Shown: positions 50,436 to 63,175, numbered from the stretch's first letter. The stretch: 64,000 nucleotides of DNA from Octopus sinensis (GCF_006345805.1 NC_043012.1:28582001-28646000), one strand, 5' to 3'. Notes: a model not told the origin generated them from the letters alone. Made by a program: numbers and translations.

Positions 50436-51138
50436 ATACTATAATCATAAATGATTATATATTGAATTTTGAGATACCAGAAGGCACCAACTCAACTCAG
50501 TATCAGAGCGAGCTAGAATCCTCAACTGGTATCACCGAATTCAATTTGTGAATGAAACGATTGTGTCAACAGCCCCTTCCCACCCGCGTGTAGCCAAAAC
50601 AAGATGCTGTGGTCATCTACTGAGATAAAATACGTACGTCCGTGGATAACTAAAAAAATGTATGATAGATTGCAGTCAATTCATTCTCTCTTACCTGTTT
50701 GTGTCTGCCTTCCAAATGCTGTTTTTACTGAGATCTCCCTTTTTAGTAGAAGAAATAGCTATAACCCTTTGACTGCTATTTCTAAATTCGGTATGTGGTA
50801 AGGCAACTCGTTGCTAAACCCTTATTGCTTAGTATTACTTAAATTTTCCTCGAATGAGGCTTTTACATGCCGAAGACTACTTGGTGTAATTGATAATTTT
50901 TCCAAATTAATTAATTTCACCCTTCATTATTACGGATAACCATATTTTATCTCAGTAGATGACCACAGCATCTTGTTTGGGCTACACGCGGGTGGGAAGG
51001 GGCTGTTGACACAATCGTTTCATTCACAAATTGAATTCGGTGATACCAGTTGAGGATTCTAGCTCGCTCTGATACTGAGTTGAGTTGGTGCCTTCTGGTA
51101 TCTCAAAATTCAATATATAATCATTTATGATTATAGTA

Positions 51139-51246
51139 TTCTACGCTGAAGAGAAAAGAAGTTTCGGTAAGATAGAATTATTTAATATTTAATATTTAAT
51201 TCTTATGCTTCCCTAAAAACTTGATTTCGAAACGTACGTCCGTGGA
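51139..51246 (+). ncRNA. Type I hammerhead ribozyme (600-bp unit)
   Basis: TCTACG-CTGAAGA-GAAAAGAAGTTT...AAACTTGATTTC-GAAA-C(GTAC)G-TC^CGTGGA. Canonical core and GUC cleavage triplet. Confidence 0.88.
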
Positions 51247-51738
51247 TAACTAAAAAAATGTATGATAGATTGCAGTCAATTCATTCTCTCTTACCTGTTT
51301 GTGTCTGCCTTCCAAATGCTGTTTTTACTGAGATCTCCCTTTTTAGTAGAAGAAATAGCTATAACCCTTTGACTGCTATTTCTAAATTCGGTATGTGGTA
51401 AGGCAACTCGTTGCTAAACCCTTATTGCTTAGTATTACTTAAATTTTCCTCGAATGAGGCTTTTACATGCCGAAGACTACTTGGTGTAATTGATAATTTT
51501 TCCAAATTAATTAATTTCACCCTTCATTATTACGGATAACCATATTTTATCTCAGTAGATGACCACAGCATCTTGTTTTGGCTACACGCGGGTGGGAAGG
51601 GGCTGTTGACACAATCGTTTCATTCACAAATTGAATTCGGTGATACCAGTTGAGGATTCTAGCTCGCTCTGATACTGAGTTGAGTTGGTGCCTTCTGGTA
51701 TCTCAAAATTCAATATATAATCATTTATGATTATAGTA

Positions 51739-51846
51739 TTCTACGCTGAAGAGAAAAGAAGTTTCGGTAAGATAGAATTATTTAATATTTAATATTTAAT
51801 TCTTATGCTTCCCTAAAAACTTGATTTCGAAACGTACGTCCGTGGA
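51739..51846 (+). ncRNA. Type I hammerhead ribozyme (600-bp unit)
   Basis: Identical to 51139-51246. Confidence 0.88.
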
Positions 51847-52136
51847 TAACTAAAAAAATGTATGATAGATTGCAGTCAATTCATTCTCTCTTACCTGTTT
51901 GTGTCTGCCTTCCAAATGCTGTTTTTACTGAGATCTCCCTTTTTAGTAGAAGAAATAGCTATAACCCTTTGACTGCTATTTCTAAATTCGGTATGTGGTA
52001 AGGCAACTCGTTGCTAAACCCTTATTGCTTAGTATTACTTAAATTTTCCTCGAATGAGGCTTTTACATGCCGAAGACTACTTGGTGTAATTGATAATTTT
52101 TCCAAATTAATTAATTTCACCCTTCATTATTACGGA

Positions 52137-52228
<92 letters not shown>

Positions 52229-52404
52229 TACTACTACTACTAATATATAGGATGAAGTTTTTTTACAGAAAAAAAATTCATCAAAAGTGGCAGCATATTA
52301 AAATACCTTTAAAGGTTAATATATATACATATATATATATTTATGAAGAGCACTCCATCGGTTACCACGACGAGGTTCCCAGCTGGTACGATTAACAGAA
52401 CAGT

Positions 52405-52615
52405 CTGCTCTTTTATTCTTTTACTTGTTTCCGTCATTTGACTGCGGCCATACTGGAGCACCGCCTTTAGTCGAACAAATCGACCCCAGGACTTATTCTT
52501 TGTCAGCCTATTACTTATTCGATCGCTCCCTTTTTGCCGAACCGCTAAGTTACGGGGACGTAAACACACCAGCATCGGGGGACAAACACAGACACAAACA
52601 TATTCACACATGTAT

Positions 52616-52688
<73 letters not shown>

Positions 52689-52831
52689 TATGACGGGCTT
52701 CTTTCAGTTTCCGTCTACCAAATCCCCTCATAAGGCTTCGGTCGGCCCAAGGCTATAGTAGAAGTCACTTGCCCAAGGTGCCATACAGTGGGACTGAACC
52801 AGGAACCATGTGGTTGGTGAGCAAGCTACTT
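52405..52831 (-). mobile_element. SINE A (inverted twin of 48945-49270)
   Basis: Shares rare variants, e.g. GACGGAAAC and GGAGCGATCGAATAAGTAATAGGCTGAC. Confidence 0.85.
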
Positions 52832-52862
52832 ATATATATATAAGTGGTTGGTGAGCAAGCTA

Positions 52863-52897
<35 letters not shown>

Positions 52898-52899
<2 letters not shown>

Positions 52900-54570
52900 A
52901 GGTCTATATCGTGATGATTGTTTACTTTACCTTCAAAATGTTTCCAACCAGAAGGCACAAAAAGTTAAGAATAGTTTAGTTAAATTTTTCTGTAGAATGG
53001 GCTTAAGCATCGTTTTTGATGATGATATGACGAAGGCCAACTTTTTAGACATTACGCTTAACTTACATAATAACTCTTACTTCCCATTCCATAAACCTTC
53101 GACCAATCTTAAGTATATTAGCAAATTTAGTAATCATTCTAGGGCAATTACTAGGAACTTAGTTAAGAATATTTCGTTTAGATTGTCTAAGTTATCTGCT
53201 AATGTTGACATTTTCAATGATAACGCTGAATTTTATAACTCTGCTTTACTTAAAGCAGGCTATACAGAGAAAATTATCTACATTGATTCTATTCAGTCTT
53301 ATTCTAACTTCAATAATGTAGATATGAAATCTAATTGTAAAGGAATTAACGATAAGAATTTTAATTTATGCACCAATACAAAACGGAGGAACGGAGATAA
53401 CCCTTATTTAATCCCCTATTATCATTCTAAAGGTAAATCTAAGGCTTTCAAAAATAATTACACTAAAAATAAGATAAATAGTAGTAAAACTGTTTGGCTA
53501 ATTATTCCATACGGTTGCAAATTAAATCTAATCTTCCATTGCAGTTTCATGAAGCTATTTTTAGGAATTTTCCAAAGAATTCTAGGTATTACTCTATTAT
53601 CAACTCACGTACGGTTAGGATTGGTTTTTCCAACACAAAAAAATCTCTTACAAATTATCTCTTCACATAATAACAACCTGTTAAATACTAATATATTTAC
53701 TAATACTAACATTAATTTAGCTAATATCATCCGACCCTATACAAATATTAATAACAAGGTTTTTGTATCTGAAGTCAATTCCAACAGAATTAAGTTTACG
53801 TCAAGTAACTCTAAAATTAAAAATTCTATATACCAGTGTAAAATTACTACTCTTAATAAAGTAAAATTTTACATTGGAAGCACATCGTTACAGTTATCTA
53901 AAAGAATTTCTATCCATTACTCAACATTTAGGGATAGGAATAAACATAACAGTACAGGGCTCAGTAAATTAATTTGGGATCTAAAAGACCACAATAAACA
54001 GTTTAATTTAAAATGGTTGATTCTCTCAGTCTCGATACCTTATGACAAAGGCAAGGAATTCTGTCTCCTCTGTAATTCTGAGTTATTTTTCATCATTTTT
54101 TCTAAAAATCCCCTAGTAAACACGGTTATAGAGCCTGCATACCGATGTAAACATTGGCAAAAACACACCTTTAGTTCATAAAAGTGATCTCTATCATTAT
54201 ATATAATTTAAGCATTAATTTTCTTTTTATATTTCACATTCACTAAAAATATATATTTTCCTAGTGTATAAGGTTCTATTTAATATAGATATAGTCATAT
54301 ACTTCTCATTTATTTAGTTTTTCTATAATTTATCCCTCCTCTTTCTATAGGCTACCTCTGATATTATATCATATAACGTTTTTTTAAACAATATTAATAG
54401 CATTCAGTTAATCACTATACATATCCATCATTTTCCGTTAAAATGTCTCATTGGCGAGTTTCATTTCTTCACTTGCCTGAAGAGAAGATTACATTGTTTT
54501 ACACCATTTTATTCCTTTGGAATATCAGTGATATCTTCGAAATAAAAGAAGTAAAAGAATTTGAATTACA
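52898..54570 (+). mobile_element. 5'-truncated Nematis-like Penelope element: RT from YRDD, thumb, GIY-YIG, 3' UTR
   Basis: GLYRDDCL...NFLDITLNL...PFHKP...SNHS...RLSKLS...AGY; IYQC...YIGST...KRISIH...CLLCNSE...VN...CKH; stop at 54179-54181. Confidence 0.9.
54461..54545 (+). ncRNA. Truncated hammerhead (stem III and cleavage site deleted)
   Basis: CTGAAGA-GAAGAT...ATCTTC-GAAA directly followed by TAAAA. Confidence 0.55.
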
Positions 54571-54587
54571 CCTGCGTTAAACTCCAT

Positions 54588-54989
54588 TTATTTACTCTTT
54601 TACTTGTTTCAGTCATTTGACTGCGGCCATGCTGGAGCACCACCTTTAGTCGAGCAAATCGACCCCGGGACTTATTCTTTGTAAGCCCAGTACTTATTCT
54701 ATCGGTCTCTTTTGCCCAACCGCTAAGTGACGGGGACGTAAACACACCAGCATCGGTTGTCAAGCAATGCTAGGGGGACAAACACAGACACACAAACATA
54801 TGCACACACACTTATATGTATATACATATATACGACAGGCTTCCTTCAGTTTCCGTCTACCAAATCCACTCACAAGGCATTGGTCAGCCCGAGGCTATAG
54901 CAGAAGACACTTGCCCAAGATGCCACGCAGTGGGACTGAACCCGGAACCATGTGGTTGGTTAGCAAGCTACACAGCCACTCCTGCGCCT
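54588..54989 (-). mobile_element. SINE A, full length
   Basis: Tail to head CCACTCCTGCGCCT. Confidence 0.85.
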
Positions 54990-55908
54990 ATTTATTTATA
55001 TATTATACAAAAATTTCACGTAAACCCGAAGTTTACGTGAAATGGAGGTTGTCAGGGTTTGAATAAAAGCTGTTTATCTAGCGCATTCATCCCTTCGATG
55101 GATTTATCATAAATAATTTTTTGGGAAAAAAATCATACATCTTATATATATGTGAATTAGCTGAAAAATAATCAGAGTCAGAATTTATTTTATTGGGTTT
55201 TGCAAAGATGATATTTTGGGAGTGATTGGAATATTCTTTATTTCGAATCCATATGTATAATGGGATAAATTTTGACAACCATTTGTGTGTGTCTATTCAT
55301 ATTTACGTACATATGCATGTATGCATGTATATACGTATGTATGTACTTATGTATGTGCATAGGGTCATTCTTAGTTTTGCTAATTTAGTCAACAAAGCTT
55401 CATTGATGATGCATAAAATTACCAAAACATGCAACCCGGCTTGAAAGAACAGAATTCCTTCAATCTGCATTATCAATATTGTCTAAATAGTTTCGATATA
55501 CAGATCTTACTAGAGTAATTTTTGATGCTTGTGTTTGGGGTTCAAACATTCTTAGAAGGAGGCTTTGTCTTGTAATTATTTGGTTAATGTTTGTTGCTTA
55601 ATTCTTTCATCTTTGCCACTACTGTGTTTGGACTGTTCTCGAGCAAATTTTAGTTTATAAACTGTTAACTATTACAACAACAATAAGTAGAGCATTCTGT
55701 ATGGACATAACTTGCTGAATAATCAGTGTATTGTTACACAATACTGAATTGTCTACGTTCACCGTATTTGCATACAGATAAACAGATATAAATACTGGCT
55801 AAAAACGCATTAACATTGTATTATACACACATAAACTACTGTGTATGAATAAAATCTTTGTGCACACATATTCTTGCGCAAACATATTTTCCTACAAACA
55901 TGCATACA

Positions 55909-55985
<77 letters not shown>

Positions 55986-56039
55986 GTTTGTCTATCTGTC
56001 TGCCTGTCTGTCTGTCTGTCTGTCTGTCTGTCTGATCTA

Positions 56040-56300
56040 GTCGACGGGGCCTTTGTCAAGGGATGGCATGCCGCATCTTTTTAGCTTGACCGGTGTGCTA
56101 TTTCCTACAGAAGATAGGTCTGGAAACCAGACAACTGAAGAAAGCTACCAAAGAGATAGACGCGGTAACTGAACAAGCCCAAAGTGACTATGGTTATAAG
56201 ATACTGCAAATGGAACTTTTCCGCAGGTAAAAATCAGTTCAATCCTCGTGGGGCCACTCAGGCGAAGCGTAGAGGCTTAGAGGAGAAACACTTGTGACTT
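56040..56300 (+). mobile_element. HERO-like RLE element 3' end
   Basis: FLQKIGLETRQLKKATKEIDAVTEQA...LWL. Confidence 0.5.
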
Positions 56301-56648
56301 TGCTGTACCTACTAACGAAACAGAAGGGTTTCTAGCAATACGATGAATGTAAAGAAGTTTGCGAAACCTCTGAGTAGGTCCTGCTGTTTTTGTAAGGGGC
56401 ATAAATATACTTCAGCAATGTAACGTGGTCCGTTGGCAATTTCTTCTTCTCCTTCTTTGGATTTTCCCTTTCTCCTTTCCGACGAAGAGCTATGCTCGGA
56501 ATGTTAAACCCTCTCCATTCACCGAATGTCAAGCTAATATACTTCTTGTGTACATCCTAACGTTCGTCGTTTTTCTTCTGTTTTTCGTTTTCTATCAGTG
56601 TGTTTGAATTGTTTATATGAATTGACTACACACACACACACACACACA

Positions 56649-56693
<45 letters not shown>

Positions 56694-56873
56694 ATATATA
56701 TATATATATATGTATATATAATCTAGCTAATGAAGTTGCTTACATAATTCCTGTTCCCTTCATATTACGCTTTGTACTTGCTTAACACTTGTTCTGAAAC
56801 ACAAGTATTTGATTTCTATATCTAAGCAAAATCTACATACACATATATGTGTGTATATATATATATATATATA

Positions 56874-58464
56874 CAGTGGCGGCCAAAATGTTCAGAACGG
56901 CATTGTTTTTGCCAGAAAAGTAGATATAATTTTTTATCAAAGTTGTTTTATATTGTATAATTTTCACAGACAATAAATACAATATTATTTGTTATTGCCT
57001 GAGATTTTGGTGTAATTTGAGAGGATAATACAAAAGTTATGGATGATTTAGTGATTTACTGCAAAACCCATGGCGGCCAAAATGATCAGAACGGTTGCTT
57101 TTACTCCGTGTTTTAGTATATTTAACCGGCGAACTCTAATGTTTTGAATTTGTTTACGTGACGGTTCGTTTACTAAACATTAGTAAGAATATTTGCAGTG
57201 TACTTTGTTAATATAATGCCACTTACTCCGTTATCAATTCGTCAGCAGATTATTAAGCTGCGAAGGAAGGATAATTTAAGTATTGGATCTATTGCAAAGA
57301 TTGTTAACAAGTCAAAAAGTGTTGTACACGGTATTCTTAAGGTCTACGATGATTGTGGTTCGTGTGAAGCAAGAAAGTTTACAGGTAGGCCAAGAAAAAC
57401 GACCAAGAGAGAAGATCGTACTATGGTAAAGTTGGTTTAAAAGGACAGATTTAAAACTGCTGCTGCTGTTTCTCGGAAAATGAGCATTGTATTGAAGAAA
57501 ACTTTATCTCGAAAAACTGTGTCTCGTCGTTTAGTTGAACATGACCTACAAGCAAGAGCACCTGCAGTGAAGCCACTGATCAGCTCCAAGAATAAAAAGT
57601 GTCGTCTTACCTTTGCAACCGAACATGTGTTGTGGTCTCAAGAAAAATGGCAAACAGTGCATTTCAGTGATGAATCTAAGTTTATGTTATTTGGCTCAGA
57701 TGAAAAGTTGGTGAAAAATTGTCGCCTAAATGCCTTAAGACTAGTGTTAAATTTGGTGGAGGAAGTGTCATGGTTTGGGGGATGATATCTGGAGATGGTG
57801 TGGGCCCTTAGGTGCGATTACATGGAAAGGTGAATGCAGGAGCTTATAAACAACTTGTAAAAGATTATGTCTTGCCTGTGCTGAGAAATTCAACTAAGCG
57901 ACCACCCATATTCATGCAGGACAATGCCCCATGTCACAAGGCTAAGGTGGTCATGAACTTCCTTAAGTCTGAAAAGGTTATTGTTATGGATTGGCCTGCT
58001 CAAAGCCCAGATCTCAATCCTATTGAAAATGTATGGAATATTCTAGGAGAACGTTCGAAATCCTAAAACAACTGAGCAATTAAGGAATGCCCTTCGGGAA
58101 GAATGGAATAAGATCACCCAGCAAGAAATTGAAAATTTAATTTCCTCATGCAGTCAAAGATGTCAGAGTGTGATTGAAGCTAAAGGGCTTCACATTAAAT
58201 ATTAAATAATTCCAGTATTCTCTGTCATTTTTGATTATTTTGTTATTTTTTCAACCGTTCTGATCATCATGGGTTTTGCAGTAAATCACTAAATCATCCA
58301 TAGCTTTTGTATTATCCTCTCAAATGACACCAACATCTCAGACAATAACAATTAATATTGTATTTATTGTCTGTGAAAATTATAGAATATAAAACTACTT
58401 TGATAAAACTTATACCTACTTTTCTGACGAAAACAATGCTGGCTGAACATTTTGGCCGCAACTG
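56874..58464 (+). mobile_element. Tc1 transposon, IR-DR type, near full length, transposase inactivated
   Basis: TIRs 56874-57097 and 58252-58464 starting CAGT(G/T)GCGGCCAAAATG, TA flanks. GRPRK, FSDES, QDNAPCH-34 aa-NPIEN (DD34E); 2 in-frame stops, a deletion and frameshifts. Confidence 0.95.
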
Positions 58465-58496
58465 TATATATATGTATATATATATATATATACATG

Positions 58497-58551
<55 letters not shown>

Positions 58552-59054
58552 ATGTGTGTATGTGCGTGTGCGTGCGTGTGTGCGTGTGTCCGTGTGTGTA
58601 TGTGCGTGTGCGTGCGTGTGTGTGCATGCGTGTGTGCGTGTGTGTGCATGCGTGTGTGCGTGTGTGCGTGTGTGTGTATGTGCGTGTGTGTGTGCGTGCG
58701 TGTGCGCGTGTGTGTATACACACACATATATATATATACATGTGTATATATATATAAATATATGTATGTATGTATGTATATATATTATATAACGTATGTC
58801 ATATATACAAAAAAGTAACACACAATGAAGGTGCATACATACAAACAGCACATTTACAGTGTGTACGAAGATATGCACATTGAGTATAACACATACATAC
58901 ACTCACAATTTTATATGACTGTTTGACAAGTTTTGTGGGTAAAGTCGTTGGAAGTGGTGAATGGGTAAACATTCAAACATTAGCCAAAAAAGGTAAAATC
59001 AATTTCTATGAATAGTGCTGGGCTAAATTCGTGGCAATATCTCGTTCAGTTGTA

Positions 59055-59270
59055 AGGTGGCTAACTGGCAGAATCGTTAGCACCCTAGGCAAAATTGCTT
59101 AGCTGCATTTTGTCCGTCTTCACGTTTTGAGTTCATATTCCGCAGAGGTCGACTTTGATTTCATCCTTTCGCGGTCGATAAAATAAGTACCAGCTGAGCA
59201 CAGGGTTGATGTGATCGACCTGTCGCTGCCCCTGAAATTGCTGCCGATGTGCCAAAATTTGAAACCAATA
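59055..59270 (+). mobile_element. SINE B
   Basis: TGGCAGAATCGTTAGCAC...GAGTTCATATTCCGC...GGTCGATAAAATAAGTACCAG. Confidence 0.85.
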
Positions 59271-60190
59271 TCTTGTTCATTTCTTCGTTATTAGTTTTCC
59301 TTCTATTTTTTTATGTTTTGATCAATACCACTGGATCTCTACCACTGGACCTGATTCAGTTGATTATACCTCTACGGGCACCTACAGATTTAAGAAAAAA
59401 AGTGCAACTTCTTTTCCAGTAATGAAATCTGATATCTTGGTTACATGTCTTTGCAATAATTCAATAAACAGTGCGTTGGTTGATTTGTCATCTCCGGGAA
59501 TCTCTCCATCAAGTGAATAATATTTAGTACCCTTTTTGACTAATGCCAAATGTATTGAATTCCACTTCGCAGCGAACTCACAGCAGTGCCTTGTGCACCC
59601 CTTCTTTTTGAATGTGAACTTATTTAGCAAGTAGTACGACAAAAAAAAAATTAATTGACACAATTATCTTGATCCTAAAAAGGCTTCGATTAGATCTCTC
59701 CAGATGAAGCCAATAATGTGTTGTGGGTAATGGAAATAGAAAGTATTGAACCTGTGATCAGCATAATATACACAAAGTCTCACTGCGTAAACATGAACAC
59801 GAAAAAATACAGATCGCTCAAAACCCTAATCTGCAAGCATATCGACATATTTATCGCATAAGACGTACATAAAGGACATCCATACAAAACATAGAGAAAT
59901 GAGCGAACACACGAACTGCATACGATGAAAAACCGCATGATCAGAACTTGAAACAACCAAACAACAACTTCAAATTCTCGCCCAACACACACGCACACAC
60001 ACTCATATTGAAATGTGTATGTATACGTGTGTGAGCGTGTGTGTGTATGCATGTGTGTGTGTGAGTGTGTGATGTTTGTATTATATACACTACACACATA
60101 AATACATTCCTTGTCCCTGCATTGCATTTCTCACCAAACCATACATAACACGAATTCAAAGGACAACTGACTAACAATATCTATATTAGT

Positions 60191-60758
60191 ATGTCGCTCA
60201 CCCCATCACTGTGATAGTCCACCAAGCTGTACCTTACTCTAGAACCAATGTTTTCTTTCCTTAAACACAAACACAACTTTTCAACACGCAATACAAAACA
60301 TGTATTCATCTATACACCCTGTACTATATAAAGATATACGTGGTACACATATGCGTATATTCGATACACTTTACATATACATAAACACTCTTGATGTCCG
60401 TTCACACAATACATAACGCACTTAACATACTTCACATAGAGAAGAAATCACTTCATATAAACAACACAAACACATACTGTATAATACATAAAGGACACTG
60501 TACACATATATAACTATAAATGTAGTAAAATACACAGATGCGTACGAACGCTCATACATACACACACACGCACACACACACACATATAGCCACAAACGTT
60601 ACATACATAGACTACTTTAGTCAAAACAGATGTGGCTCTAAGTTATCTCGTATAGAGTTTCTCAGAGTAACGAGTTGTGTTTGTGTTTAAGGAAAGAAAA
60701 CATTGGTTCTAGAGAGAGGCAGCTTCGTGGACTATCACAGTGATGGGGCGAGCGACAT
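60191..60758. repeat. ~87-bp inverted repeat (60191-60278 and 60673-60758)
   Basis: CTCTAGAACCAATGTTTTCTTTCCTTAAACACAAACACAACT and its reverse complement. Confidence 0.8.
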
Positions 60759-61080
60759 GCCAATATATGTATGTATGAATGTATGTATGTGTGTGTACAC
60801 ACGCACACCACACACGATTATATATGTATACGTATATATGCATGTAAACATAGTTTCTAAACAGGTGTCTAGTTGAATACTAATAATTCTTACTAGATGT
60901 AAAGAACTAAAAATGAGACAGACAGTATACACTTGCTTTACAAACGTGTGCTGCCTTACGGATACACCTATTCGCTATATACACACAGGCATACATACAC
61001 CTGATCGTTTCTGACGTGATTAATGTGTGTCGTGTGTGTGTGTGTGTATACACATACAGACACACATATGTATGTGTATT

Positions 61081-61121
<41 letters not shown>

Positions 61122-61124
61122 TTT

Positions 61125-61176
<52 letters not shown>

Positions 61177-61263
61177 TATTTGAGTGTATATATATATATA
61201 TATATTTCGTTTTGGATTTGTTTTGCAAGATTCTTTATATGAGTTCGTGTGTTGAAGCATATT

Positions 61264-61384
61264 CTGTTGTGTCTGGGGAGAGTCATTTTCTTTTTTTTTG
61301 CCTAAAGAAAAAGTGGAAATTTTACCGGTGGGTGTGTTATATTATACGGCACAAAAAGAAAATGACTCTCCCCAGACACAACAG
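61264..61384. repeat. Perfect 31-bp inverted repeat (hairpin)
   Basis: CTGTTGTGTCTGGGGAGAGTCATTTTCTTTT / AAAAGAAAATGACTCTCCCCAGACACAACAG. Confidence 0.85.
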
Positions 61385-61690
61385 TATATATATAGTTAAT
61401 CCAAACAAGAAAACACAGAAAAAAAGAGAAAAAACGCAGCAACGCGAGGACGTGGAACAATTAAAGTATTATTGACGTTCAGGAAAGAAGGGAAGGAGGG
61501 TTTAACATTTCGAGCAGAGCTCTTCGTCGGAAACAAGGAGAAGGAAAGATCCCAAGAAGGGAAGACAGAGGAAAAAATATATTTGCTGGTGGTGGTCAAG
61601 AGATCACATGTTGAAAGAACAGAAGTTGAGAGGTAGACGAATCATGATTTTTAAAAGCAAGAGAGTTTCAAAAAAAGGGAATGTGTGTGG

Positions 61691-61725
<35 letters not shown>

Positions 61726-63175
61726 GTGTGTGTGTGTGTGCAAGGGTGACAAGTGTGTTTGTGCGTGCGTGTGTGTGTGTGTGTGTGTGTATGTTTGGTG
61801 AATAATAAGCAATGGCAAGTTAGCTGTCATAAGGCACTCCTTTATGACAGCTAGCTTGTTTGTATCCAGCCAGGTCAAAGCCAGGTCAAAAAACAAAGGG
61901 GGGGTGTACGTTGGTATACAAAAATTTTCGTCAATTTATATAATGTAATAGTATATACATACTACGAGTCCTCAGTTTGGTTTACCACTAAGACCCTAGC
62001 TTGAACTGCAACTTAAAAGTGTGGTGCTGAAAATGTTTATCAAAAGCGGCCAGAAGTGGTTCTTCCTTGAGCGGGTACATATACATTAACACAAATAATG
62101 AACAAGCAAAATATTTGGCATCACTTTAGAGCATTACCTTTTCTCTAGAATTTCATTAATTTTTCGATCATGGAAACACATTTATCTTTCACTCTGGACG
62201 TTTCTTAGTTTCTCGAGGAACTGGTAACTACTAATATCCTCGGTTGAGGATATTCTGTATTGCTATAGTTTCTTATTTCTCTCTCTTCGACGACGGAATG
62301 ATTAGCTTCACTCAATAACATATGATCCACATGTTTAGCTATTCTAGAAACAACTGCGTGACGCTCTGTGCACTATGTTTATATTATGAATTAATTGTTC
62401 TAGGGTGATGCCAAAGGTTCTGCTTGCTCATAATCTGTTTTAAAGTATATGTAGGTATATTTCTGTCCGTGTTTGTGTATATAGTCGTGGGTATATGTAT
62501 ATGCATGTGTAATTAGCGTACAACTTTTATGCAAGCACATTGATTAATGGCAAATCCTAAAAGTCTGTTCACGAATTTCATATTTTGTCACATATATGTA
62601 CATGTATATCATATATATGCATATATATATATATATATATAAGAGAACAAAGTGTATGTACGTCGCTATATATATACATATATATGAAAATACAAAATGG
62701 GACAAGAACGCAAAACATCCGGACAACTAGGTGATACAAAAAGGGACATCAAAACATCCAGATAGACGATACAAAAACACGGACGGGTCATTCGAAGCCT
62801 TAAATCTTCAGTCAAGAACCGGATAATCCTCGCAATTTCGGCTGATTCATCTTGAGATTGCTCCAATCTCGCCAGCCCCAAGGGAAAACTAAGCTGTGAG
62901 CATTAGATTCCTTGGAAAAACGCATCGAATATATACGAAACAAGGACGGAAAAACAGACGATGTTACACGAATATAAATACAAAATTAATGCAAAAAAGA
63001 CAATAATAATAATAGTAATAGGACATAACAATAGGCGTCTTTCGACTGGAGACGAATTGAATTCCGCTGGCGTGTTGAGAATTAAGCCTTACGGCAGATG
63101 GAAGAGTGTCGATGTGCCAGTGACCGTGTTCAAAAGCAAGAGGGCTAGCAGTCGGCCAACGGTCACGTGAAAAGA

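Larger units (their letters stand above)
49541..52140. mobile_element. 600-bp hammerhead monomer array: ~1.8 units one way, ~2.5 units inverted
   Basis: ATACTAAGCAATAAGG at 49541 and 50141; inversion at 50632/50633; GTC^CGTGG sites at 50640, 51240 and 51840; units almost identical. Confidence 0.9.
48965..52831. repeat. Inverted duplication of flanking DNA (48965-49540 and 52141-52831) around the 600-bp array
   Basis: SINE plus unique flank plus (TA)n are mirrored, with a few substitutions and one ~90-bp indel. Confidence 0.85.

Noticed and set aside
49541-52140. Regular repeats as a CRISPR array or functional tRNA genes in SINE heads
   Set aside because: No unique spacers and eukaryotic context. 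SINE heads have only A/B-box-like remnants without full cloverleaves.
56470-56520. CCGACGAAGAGCT(A/C)TGCTCG(G/A)AA motif, also at ~61500-61540 on the minus strand, resembling a hammerhead
   Set aside because: The core is non-canonical and no stem I or NUH site can be formed. It is a short dispersed repeat only.
62790-62900. CTGAAGA and GAGATTG/CAATCTC hairpins suggestive of a ribozyme
   Set aside because: The elements cannot be assembled into one valid three-way junction.
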